This document shows, in pieces, positions 17,568-24,872 of a DNA stretch of 64,000 bases (position 1 is the stretch's first letter; every line of letters starts with the position of its first letter). The notes beneath the pieces were generated by a model that saw nothing but the letters and a program-made list of their open reading frames with translations, did no database searches and was not told where the DNA came from. Source of the DNA: an uncultured Azospirillum sp. (GTDB taxonomy: Bacteria; Pseudomonadota; Alphaproteobacteria; RF32; CAG-239); assembly GCA_902489795.1 (NCBI GenBank), contig CABUBU010000002.1, positions 13,207 to 77,206 on the forward strand. The letters are read 5' to 3'. The position numbers were made by a program, and so were the translations under genes.

Positions 17568-17600
17568 TTTATTTACTTTCAATGACATTTTGTGAAGTAT

Positions 17601-17615
17601 GTTCCTATTTTGTTC
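17601..17615 (-). promoter_or_regulatory. LexA (SOS) box GTTC-N7-GTTC
   Basis: + strand reads GTTC ctatttt GTTC, 33 nt upstream of ATG 17567 (12 nt upstream of the alternative ATG 17588). Confidence 0.55.
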
Positions 17616-17655
17616 TGTTTTGAGGCAAAAAAAACAATTTCTTAAACCTGTTCAA

Positions 17656-17684
17656 AAGATATAGTACAATTTTATTTCTGTCAA
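17656..17684 (-). promoter_or_regulatory. sigma70-like promoter of module copy 2
   Basis: Minus strand reads TTGACA (17684-17679), a 17-nt spacer, then TATCTT (17661-17656). Confidence 0.5.
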
Positions 17685-17741
17685 TCAAAGGTTGATTGCT
17701 TGTATTGCTTCGGTGTTTAAGGTTCAGAAGATAATGTTTGT

Positions 17742-18125
17742 TCAGACGAACAAGATCCCTAATGCCGAATAAAGTAATTCTGACAAAAAAGACCAAAAAA
17801 CAAGGCAGCAAAGCGAGTTTATTAACGCGGCCGTTTTTTCGGTAAAGGAACTGTTATTGCCAAACATAACTTTTGCCATTTTATAAGCAACATAAGTGTA
17901 GATTATAAAGATACCGCTTTCAGCAATAACCTTAATGTAAAAGTTTGTTTTGTCGGGAAAGTCTCCAAAGATATAATCGCTGAATTCTTTATAAAGAGTA
18001 TAATAATATACTCCCCATTCCGATAGGAAAAGAAAATAAAACATAAGGATAGCCAACAATCTGCCTGGGTGTTTACGGAAATTTGAAAAAGGCGTTTTTG
18101 TTGCAGGTAAAGTCTTTTGTGTCAT
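17742..18125 (-). CDS. island-family small membrane protein (127 aa)
   Basis: Motifs LSEWGVYYYTLY, DKTNFY, YKMAKVMF. The start overlaps the stop of the upstream paralog by 4 nt (ATGA), which suggests translational coupling. Confidence 0.7.
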   Translation of the reverse strand: MTQKTLPATKTPFSNFRKHPGRLLAILMFYFLFLSEWGVYYYTLYKEFSDYIFGDFPDKTNFYIKVIAESGIFIIYTYVAYKMAKVMFGNNSSFTEKTAALINSLCCLVFWSFLSELLYSALGILFV

Positions 18126-18547
18126 TTGTTCTCTCCGTCTTGTACAGCCCAGAAAGCGGTAGGTACGTTATCGCTGAAGCGGGGTATAAAACGCGCAATG
18201 CTGAACTCTCCCGAAATCAAAGCAAAAACGGCAGAAATGAGAACAGCATAAATTTTTAGACGGAAACCTTTGTTGATGGCAAACATATTCGGGAACAATC
18301 GGCAAAATATATAAGTATATACAAGAGTTTGAATTATAATGTCCGCGCATTCGACATAAATATTGCTTTTAGGTCCCGATTGCCCGGGAATAACAATTGT
18401 AATAATGTTGCCCAAAATATAGTAAAAATATACTCCCCATCCGAGGACAAAGATAATCTGCATTATCAGTACGGCGGTTGCGGAAAGAGGGTTTTGTTTA
18501 AAGTTGTTAATATATTCTTTGCCGTAGGCGGCGATTTTGTTTTTCAT
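18122..18547 (-). CDS. island-family small membrane protein (141 aa from MKNK start), first gene downstream of the toxin
   Basis: Track ORF 18122..18568. Motifs: LGWGVYFYY, PGQSGPKSNIY, TAFWAV. The first 36 residues from MKNK differ from the 17157 paralog at only 2 positions; the rest is divergent. Confidence 0.75.
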   Translation of the reverse strand: MKNKIAAYGKEYINNFKQNPLSATAVLIMQIIFVLGWGVYFYYILGNIITIVIPGQSGPKSNIYVECADIIIQTLVYTYIFCRLFPNMFAINKGFRLKIYAVLISAVFALISGEFSIARFIPRFSDNVPTAFWAVQDGENK

Positions 18548-18580
18548 TTTATTTACTTTCAATGACATTTTGTGAAGTAT

Positions 18581-18595
18581 GTTCCTATTTTGTTC
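18581..18595 (-). promoter_or_regulatory. LexA (SOS) box GTTC-N7-GTTC
   Basis: + strand reads GTTC ctatttt GTTC, 33 nt upstream of ATG 18547. Confidence 0.55.
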
Positions 18596-18635
18596 TGTTT
18601 TGAGGCAAAAAAAACAATTTCTTAAACCTGTTCAA

Positions 18636-18664
18636 AAGATATAGTGCAATTTTATTTCTGTCAA
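18636..18664 (-). promoter_or_regulatory. sigma70-like promoter of module copy 1
   Basis: Minus strand reads TTGACA (18664-18659), a 17-nt spacer, then TATCTT (18641-18636). Confidence 0.5.
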
Positions 18665-18738
18665 TCAAAAGTTGAAGAAAAAATGTTTTAGATAAAAATT
18701 TAATTGAAAAAATAATATGTACAATAATTGGTCGGCAT

Positions 18739-19473
18739 TTATTTTCTTCGTTTGTTCCAATCGTCATATTTATAGTTCACATAGATATCCATCGGATATT
18801 CGCTGGCGCGGATGAATTTTGCCACTTCATCCATACTGTCGGTTGTATCAATACAGCCGGCAGATCCGGGAACTTCGCCGCCGTGGAGATAAAAACCTTT
18901 GCGGTGCTTGGTGTCGGTGCGAAAATCGTCCGGTTCAAGCCTGATCCGATAATTCCCCCATGAGCGTGTTCCGCCCTGCCAGGGTGTTTCTCCGTTGGGG
19001 CCTCGCCAGCTGCGGCTTTCCTTTTCCGGCGAATAGGTCTGCAGTTCGTCCGGATTTAAGTGCCAAACGCCCTCGGGGATGGGACCGTGATTTTCAATTT
19101 CTGTTGCCGCACGGCTTTGATATCCGGGTTTCCCGGACATGGCGGGCCAGGATTTTAACGTTTTTTCATTATTAATTGCTGTCAGGGTTTGCCCGTCAAA
19201 TTCCATTTCCGGAATGTCTTCGGAACCAAAAGCGGGCCAAAAAGAAACCGGTTTGCCGTTCCGATACAGGGTAAAGGTTGAGCCGTCGCTTTTCAGCTCT
19301 ACGCGTGGTTTGGGCGTTTTCAATTCCATGTCGTCGTTGTAATCGGCAAGCTGCTGTTCGAGAAGTTCGCGCGTGGTCATTTCCTTTTTTGGCCGCGGCG
19401 TCATCTGGCTGCCTAATCCGTACATGTTCAACAGAGCCGTACGGATGTCGTCATCTTCTTCGTATCTACTCAT
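18739..19473 (-). CDS. DUF2778 / Tlde1-family L,D-transpeptidase-fold toxin-domain protein
   Basis: 244-aa ORF with no signal peptide and an acidic N-terminus. The C-terminal half carries the family hallmarks as I recall them: SWPAMSGKPGYQ...NHGPIPEGVWHL, and HRKGFYLHGGEVPGSAGCIDT (a His-x10-Cys pair in a YkuD-like arrangement). Confidence 0.8.
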   Translation of the reverse strand: MSRYEEDDDIRTALLNMYGLGSQMTPRPKKEMTTRELLEQQLADYNDDMELKTPKPRVELKSDGSTFTLYRNGKPVSFWPAFGSEDIPEMEFDGQTLTAINNEKTLKSWPAMSGKPGYQSRAATEIENHGPIPEGVWHLNPDELQTYSPEKESRSWRGPNGETPWQGGTRSWGNYRIRLEPDDFRTDTKHRKGFYLHGGEVPGSAGCIDTTDSMDEVAKFIRASEYPMDIYVNYKYDDWNKRRK

Positions 19474-19494
19474 TTCATATTCCTTTGCAAATTG

Positions 19495-19521
19495 AAAAAA
19501 AGCGCCGGAAAGTTCCGGCGC
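19495..19521 (-). terminator. intrinsic terminator 21 nt upstream of the toxin start codon
   Basis: Stem GCGCCGG (19502-19508) / CCGGCGC (19515-19521). On the minus strand it is followed by TTTTTTT and then caatttgcaaaggaatatgaaATG. Confidence 0.65.
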
Positions 19522-19590
19522 GGGTTAAATAAAAAACTCCCGGCGCGATGTTGATGAGCGATGTAGCGAAGAAAGGAGCCACGCCGGAAG

Positions 19591-19617
19591 AAAAGCGCCC
19601 TTCAAATCCGCAGGGCG
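19591..19617 (-). terminator. terminator-like hairpin (weak U tract)
   Basis: Stem CGCCCT (19596-19601) / AGGGCG (19612-19617). On the minus strand it is followed by CTTTTCTT. Confidence 0.35.
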
Positions 19618-19627
19618 GAAAAAGGGC

Positions 19628-19654
19628 ACAAAAAAAGGCGGGAAAAACCGCCTT
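19628..19654 (-). terminator. intrinsic terminator downstream of the 157-aa membrane-protein gene
   Basis: Stem AAGGCGG (19635-19641) / CCGCCTT (19648-19654). On the minus strand it is followed by TTTTTTGTG. Confidence 0.65.
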
Positions 19655-19813
19655 GTCATAAATACGGCCTACCAACCGCATTATGGAAATAATCTATAAC
19701 ATAAACAGACGAAAAAATCAATAAAAACTCGCAACGGTTGTGGATAACTGTCCGCGTCAAATAAAACGGCAGTTTGCCGGCCGGGAGTTTCCGCGGGAGA
19801 ATGGGCGGATTTG

Positions 19814-20287
19814 TCAGCCGCGGGTGCGGACGAAACGAACGATGTCTGCGTCGGCCCAGGGGGTAAATTCAACTGCGGCAAGGTCGGGAAGAAGGGAGGA
19901 AAAACCTTCTTCAAGAAGCGGCAGCAGCCATGAAATCAGCAGAGCGATACCGGCTGAGCACAACAAAATCAGCGTTTTTTTGCCGAGTCCCACTTTTTCG
20001 ACGAACATGCCGCGAAAAAAATACATAAAAGGCGGCACCGACAGTGCCAGGGTTACGGCAATTTCGAACATAACCATATAAACGCCGGAGCAGGGAACTT
20101 CCGGCAAAGAAAAGTCGCAATAGCAGCCTTTGGCAAGCACCGTGATCAGGACATGTCCGAGTTCGGTGAAAAAGAACCACCAGCCGGCGGCAAAAACGAA
20201 ATCAAGGGCGCGGCCGACCGGCTTTCCGGCGGCGTTTTCGCGCGGCGCCCGGTAAGAATAGGAAGGGGTAAAGCGTTTGTCCATCAT
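19814..20287 (-). CDS. island-family small membrane protein (157 aa), upstream of the toxin
   Basis: Motifs AAGWWFFF, SGVYMVMF, YFFRGMF, EFTPWAD. Three to four hydrophobic helices. GC is higher than in the downstream paralogs. Confidence 0.7.
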   Translation of the reverse strand: MMDKRFTPSYSYRAPRENAAGKPVGRALDFVFAAGWWFFFTELGHVLITVLAKGCYCDFSLPEVPCSGVYMVMFEIAVTLALSVPPFMYFFRGMFVEKVGLGKKTLILLCSAGIALLISWLLPLLEEGFSSLLPDLAAVEFTPWADADIVRFVRTRG

Positions 20288-20463
20288 GTTTTTCTTTCAA
20301 AACGGGATTCGGTGCCTGCCACTATAAAACAAAACGACGGGATATACAATACCTTGTACAGGCAAACCCGGAGCCGGCAAAAAACTGCCGTCAGCCTGTT
20401 TGTTTCCCTTGTATTTTTGCCAAATTGTTTTATTTTCATGTTAATGATACGTAGGAGGAGTAA

Positions 20464-21129
20464 ATGGACAAACTGGATGCCGGCAGACTGAAGGCGGCGG
20501 TGTTCGACTGGGACGGCACTTTGGCGGAAACCCGCACCCCCCGGCTGTGGGCCGTTAATCGGATTATGGCAAAATACGGGCTGCCGGACTGGGAGAACAC
20601 CCGCGAAAAGCAGAACAAACTGTTGTCTTTCATGGATAATTTTCCGCTGGTGTTCGGCAGCCGGGCGGAAGAGGCTTACCGTGAATATGCCGAACTTTAC
20701 AAAGCCAACGTGGCGAGGATGATCAAAACTTTTCCCGGCGTGCGCGAAACGCTTGCTTTTCTCCGGCAAAAAGGAGTGAAAATCGCGATCATGACCAACA
20801 AAGACCGCCGGCTGCTGGAATTTGAACTGCCGCTTTTGTTTGACGTTTCGCTTTTCGACCGTATTGTCTGCGGCCATGAGGCGGCGCATGACAAACCCTG
20901 CGGCGATCATGCCCGCTTCGCCCTGAAGGGATTGATTGCGGAAAGCGATATTGCGCCGCAAAGCGTGTGGGTCGTCGGCGACAGCGTGCTCGACAACATG
21001 TGCGCCGAAGCCGTCGGCGCGCTGCCGGTACGGATTGTCGGCGGTTGTCCGGAAGTTGACAGGATCGATTGTCCGGACGTGATTTATTTTAACGATTTTG
21101 AACAATTTTACCGGTCGCTGGCCGGTTGA
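20464..21129 (+). CDS. HAD-superfamily hydrolase (phosphoglycolate phosphatase-like)
   Basis: 221-aa ORF with HAD motif I VFDWDGTLAET, motif II MTNK, and motif IV VGDSVLD. AGGAGGAG RBS upstream. Confidence 0.85.
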   Translation: MDKLDAGRLKAAVFDWDGTLAETRTPRLWAVNRIMAKYGLPDWENTREKQNKLLSFMDNFPLVFGSRAEEAYREYAELYKANVARMIKTFPGVRETLAFLRQKGVKIAIMTNKDRRLLEFELPLLFDVSLFDRIVCGHEAAHDKPCGDHARFALKGLIAESDIAPQSVWVVGDSVLDNMCAEAVGALPVRIVGGCPEVDRIDCPDVIYFNDFEQFYRSLAG

Positions 21130-21148
21130 CTGCCCGGAGACTGTCCGC

Positions 21149-22696
21149 ATGAAACAAAAAAACGATGGCGAAAAACCGCATTATTTGCGTCTGGCGCTGA
21201 CAGGCGTTGGCATTTTGCTGCTGCTGGCGCTCAATTATTTTTATTTTCGCGAAAAGACTTCTTCCAACAGCGAGTTGATCACCCGTTATACCCGAAAGGC
21301 CGATCCGATGGAAAAATACCGCAATCCCGCGGTGGCCGGGCTGTTTTACGCCGCTGCTCCGCAAACGCTTGACCGTGAAGTTTCCGGCTATTTGCAGGCG
21401 GCCGGCGGTGCTTACGAAAAAATGCCGAAGATGCTGATCGTGCCGCATGCCGGCTATCAATATTCGGCGCCGGCGGCGGCTCGTGCTTATCGTCCGCTGG
21501 CGGAGTTGACCGGGCGGATTAAAACCGTTATCCTGCTCGGGCCGTCGCACCGGGTATCGGTTGACGGACTGGCTTTGTCTTCGGCCGACTGGTTTGTCAC
21601 GCCGCTCGGAAAAGTGCCGGTTGACCGGGAAATGGCGGCCGGGCTGGCGGCGCATAAAGGTTTTAGGATAAATGATGCGGCGCATCGGGACGAGCATTCG
21701 CTGGAGGTGCAGCTGCCGTTTTTGCAAAAGGTGCTGACGGATTTTGAAATCGTGCCGATTGTTTACGGCGCGATGAATCCGCAGGAAACGGCCGAGGCGC
21801 TGCTGCCGTATTTGCAAAGGGACGATACGCTGTTGGTGGTTTCCGCGGATTTGTCGCATTATTATTCTTACGAGGAGGCGCAGGCGGCAGACCGGGAAAC
21901 GGCCGCCAGAATCGAAGAAGTTTCGCCTGAAATCGGCTATCATCAGTCCTGCGGCGCCGGCGGCATCAACAGCGCACTGATTTTGGCGCAGATGATGCGT
22001 CTGCGTCCGGAAATTCTGTCGCTGATCAATTCCGGCGACACTGCCGGCAGCCGGGAAAGGGTGGTCGGTTACGGCGCCTGGGCCTTTGCCGGAGCCGGCG
22101 GCCTTGAGCGCGAGACCGCCGCGCTTGCGGATTATGCCGCTGTTTATAAAAAGGATTTGCTGCGGATTGTCCGCACCGCGCTGGAAGAGGCGGTGCTGCA
22201 CGGCCGGGTTTTCGAGCCTTCCCGCGACGATTATCCGGATCCGTTGTTTGACAAAGGGGCATCGTTCGTTACTCTGGAAAAAAACGGTGAGCTGCGGGGG
22301 TGCATCGGTTCGTTGCTGCCGCGTCGGGCGACGGCGCTGGACGTTGCCGAAAACGCCGGCAATGCCGCCCTGAAAGACGGCCGCTTTGCGCCGGTTGCTG
22401 CCGACGAACTGGGGGAGATCAGCCTTTCCGTTTCGCTTTTGACCGGTTTTGAAGCGATCGATTACGAAAACGAGGAAGATTTGCTGACCAGGGTGCGGGC
22501 CGGCGTCGACGGTCTGGTGATCCGCGACGGCAGCCGCCAGGGACTGTTCCTGCCTTCGGTCTGGAAGCAGCTGCCGGACAAAAGGGAATTTTTGAACAAT
22601 TTGAAGCTGAAGGCCGGGATGAGCCCAAGCTATTGGTCGAATGCGATCAAAGTTTACCGTTTCAGAACCGTGGAGATAAAAGAAAATGAAAATTAA
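21149..22696 (+). CDS. fusion of a MEMO1-like (AmmeMemoRadiSam system protein B) domain and an AMMECR1 (protein A) domain, with an N-terminal TM anchor
   Basis: Track ORF trimmed to MKQKNDGEK... at 21149. TM segment LALTGVGILLLLALNYF. Memo-like region PHAGYQYSAPAAA...HSLEVQLPFL...SADLSHY. AMMECR1-like region GASFVTLEKNGELRGCIGS...GLFLPSVW. Confidence 0.8.
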   Translation: MKQKNDGEKPHYLRLALTGVGILLLLALNYFYFREKTSSNSELITRYTRKADPMEKYRNPAVAGLFYAAAPQTLDREVSGYLQAAGGAYEKMPKMLIVPHAGYQYSAPAAARAYRPLAELTGRIKTVILLGPSHRVSVDGLALSSADWFVTPLGKVPVDREMAAGLAAHKGFRINDAAHRDEHSLEVQLPFLQKVLTDFEIVPIVYGAMNPQETAEALLPYLQRDDTLLVVSADLSHYYSYEEAQAADRETAARIEEVSPEIGYHQSCGAGGINSALILAQMMRLRPEILSLINSGDTAGSRERVVGYGAWAFAGAGGLERETAALADYAAVYKKDLLRIVRTALEEAVLHGRVFEPSRDDYPDPLFDKGASFVTLEKNGELRGCIGSLLPRRATALDVAENAGNAALKDGRFAPVAADELGEISLSVSLLTGFEAIDYENEEDLLTRVRAGVDGLVIRDGSRQGLFLPSVWKQLPDKREFLNNLKLKAGMSPSYWSNAIKVYRFRTVEIKENEN

Positions 22697-24404
22697 CGGA
22701 TACGATATCAATTACAACGAAGCCGAACTGAAAGACAAAATGGAAAACCAGACGCTTGACGTCCGGCTGATTTCGCCGGATTTCGAGGGATATAAAAATT
22801 TGAGCGAGGGCAACAAAAAAGCTCTTGCGCATCTGGTTGCCGCCGCCCGTATGGTCAATGACGTGGCGCTGGAACAGGACCATCCCATGAACCTGCCGCA
22901 GAAAAAGGCGCTGGCAGAAACGGCGGCTGCCGGCAGTTCGCACGCGGCGCTGGCACTTGAACTGTTCAATTCCCTGAACGGCGTGGCTGGTTACAATGGT
23001 GTGGATAAAGAGCCCGTAGAAGTTTTCACCGGCATTCATCTGCTGCCCGGACACAACTTTTATCCTGCCGATCTGAGCCCGGAAGAGTTTCGGCAAATTC
23101 TGATTGCCATGCTGAAGGCCGGCAAAAGCGAAGAAGTGCGGAAAATACTGAGTGCCCGCACGATGGTTCGGCGTGACGGCGGCGAATTAAAGGCGATTGA
23201 CTATACGGAATATTTTGCCGCCGCTTTTTCGGCAATTGCCAATGAGCTGGAAGTGGCCGCCCATTATGCCGACGACGAAGCGTTTAAAGATTATCTCGGC
23301 TGGCAGGCGCAGGCGCTTTTGCAAAACAATCCCGATATGGACATGCTGGCCGACAGACATTGGGCGGTTTTGCAGGACACGCCGCTGGAGTTTACCTTAA
23401 GCCGCGAAAATTATGACGACGAGATCACGCCGGCCGTCTACGATAACGGAGAGTTGAAGGCCCTGCTGGCGGAAAACGGCATTGAAGCGGTTGGCAAAGA
23501 CACTTTGGGCGCCCGCGTCGGCATTGTTAACAAGGTGGGAACGGATTTGATTCTGCAATTTAAAAAACACCTGCCCGAGCTGGCGGCCAAAATGCCGTTT
23601 GCCGACGCTTATCGCCAGAGCGTCCTCGACGGCGAAGAGCTGAAACAAACGATGGTCGACGTCGACCTGGTCGATCTGGAAGGCGATTATGCCCAGTGCC
23701 GCGGCGGCATTACCACCGCCCAGAACCTGCCCAACAACGACAAGCTGTCGGTCAAGATCGGCGGCGGCCGGCGCAACGTCTATCACCGTCAGGTGCGGAT
23801 GAGCGTTGACAGGGAAAAAGAGCGCAAAATGCTGGAGCGTCTGCTGGATCCGGCACTGCACCGCTATTTTGACAACGAGGCCGACCATTTGTTTGTCATC
23901 GGACACGAAAACGGGCATTCGCTCGGTCCCGACAGTTCGTACCAGAACGCTCTCGGCGCTTACAAGCACATCATTGAAGAACATAAGGCGGACACCGTTT
24001 CGCTGGCTTTTATGCCGGAATATGTCAATGCCGGCGTGATCGACGAAGAAACTCTGAAAAAAATTTACGTCAGTTACATCGCCGGCCGGATGTTTCTGGC
24101 CGCCCGGCCGCATATGATGCTGCCCCACCGCATGGGTGAGCTGATCCAGTTCAATTATCTCTGCGAATACAGCATCATCAGGGAAACGGCGGACGGCAAA
24201 ATAACGATTGATCTGGATAATGTCGGCGGCGTTTTAAACCGGCTGCTGGAGGAAACGGTTCGGGTGCAGTTGTCCAAATCAAAGGAAAACGCCGCCGCTT
24301 TTGTTGAAAAATATGCCGTCTGGTCGCCGCTGTCGGAGAAAATCGCGGCGGTGCGGCAGGAACTGGGGATAAAACCCTATAAACGGATCGTCCGTTGTTT
24401 TTAA
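22686..24404 (+). CDS. zinc metallopeptidase related to dipeptidyl-peptidase III (M49-like)
   Basis: 572-aa ORF with a zinc motif HENGH (in IGHENGHSLGP) followed by the second acidic motif EEHKAD, an arrangement reminiscent of M49 HExxGH...EExR(A/K)(E/D). Confidence 0.65.
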   Translation: MKINGYDINYNEAELKDKMENQTLDVRLISPDFEGYKNLSEGNKKALAHLVAAARMVNDVALEQDHPMNLPQKKALAETAAAGSSHAALALELFNSLNGVAGYNGVDKEPVEVFTGIHLLPGHNFYPADLSPEEFRQILIAMLKAGKSEEVRKILSARTMVRRDGGELKAIDYTEYFAAAFSAIANELEVAAHYADDEAFKDYLGWQAQALLQNNPDMDMLADRHWAVLQDTPLEFTLSRENYDDEITPAVYDNGELKALLAENGIEAVGKDTLGARVGIVNKVGTDLILQFKKHLPELAAKMPFADAYRQSVLDGEELKQTMVDVDLVDLEGDYAQCRGGITTAQNLPNNDKLSVKIGGGRRNVYHRQVRMSVDREKERKMLERLLDPALHRYFDNEADHLFVIGHENGHSLGPDSSYQNALGAYKHIIEEHKADTVSLAFMPEYVNAGVIDEETLKKIYVSYIAGRMFLAARPHMMLPHRMGELIQFNYLCEYSIIRETADGKITIDLDNVGGVLNRLLEETVRVQLSKSKENAAAFVEKYAVWSPLSEKIAAVRQELGIKPYKRIVRCF

Positions 24405-24491
24405 GTGCGGTAAAACTGTTAAAAATCGCTTGCACAAACGAGAGCTTTGCCTCATTATAAACGGCATCGGACAAGAAAAGGGACAAAGTCT

Positions 24492-24860
24492 ATGTTTAAA
24501 AAGCTTATTGACGGCGAACTCAGTCTGAAAGACACGTTCTGGAAGTTCGGCGTGCTGGGAATGTTGGCCGTTCATCTGGTGGTGAAGATCCTGGGTACCA
24601 TGCTTTTTCACAAGCTGCGCGGGCTGACCATTCTCGGTTATTACACCACCCGCAAGTACGGGCTGGAAACGTCGACGGTGATCCTCACCATTTTGTATTT
24701 CAGTTCGCTCTGTTTTCTGCTGTTTTATGCCGGTTCGATGGTGATCGGCACCTGGCGGAGTTCCGCCGAATATAACCGCAGCCTGTGGTTTCGGCATCTG
24801 GCGCGGATTTTTATGATTTTGATCGTGTTTGTCGTCTTAAAACACGATTTGAACCTGTGA
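24492..24860 (+). CDS. small membrane protein, hypothetical
   Basis: Track ORF trimmed to MFKKLIDG... at 24492. Three hydrophobic helices. Confidence 0.55.
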   Translation: MFKKLIDGELSLKDTFWKFGVLGMLAVHLVVKILGTMLFHKLRGLTILGYYTTRKYGLETSTVILTILYFSSLCFLLFYAGSMVIGTWRSSAEYNRSLWFRHLARIFMILIVFVVLKHDLNL

Positions 24861-24872
24861 AGGAAAAAACGA

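Larger units (their letters stand above)
17454..17695 (-). repeat. promoter + leader + 5' CDS module, copy 2
   Basis: 242 bp aligned at an exact 980-bp offset to 18434..18675, with 4 mismatches that I count (17468, 17481, 17666, 17690). Confidence 0.95.
18434..18675 (-). repeat. promoter + leader + 5' CDS module, copy 1
   Basis: See 17454..17695 (980-bp offset, 4 mismatches in 242 bp). Confidence 0.95.
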
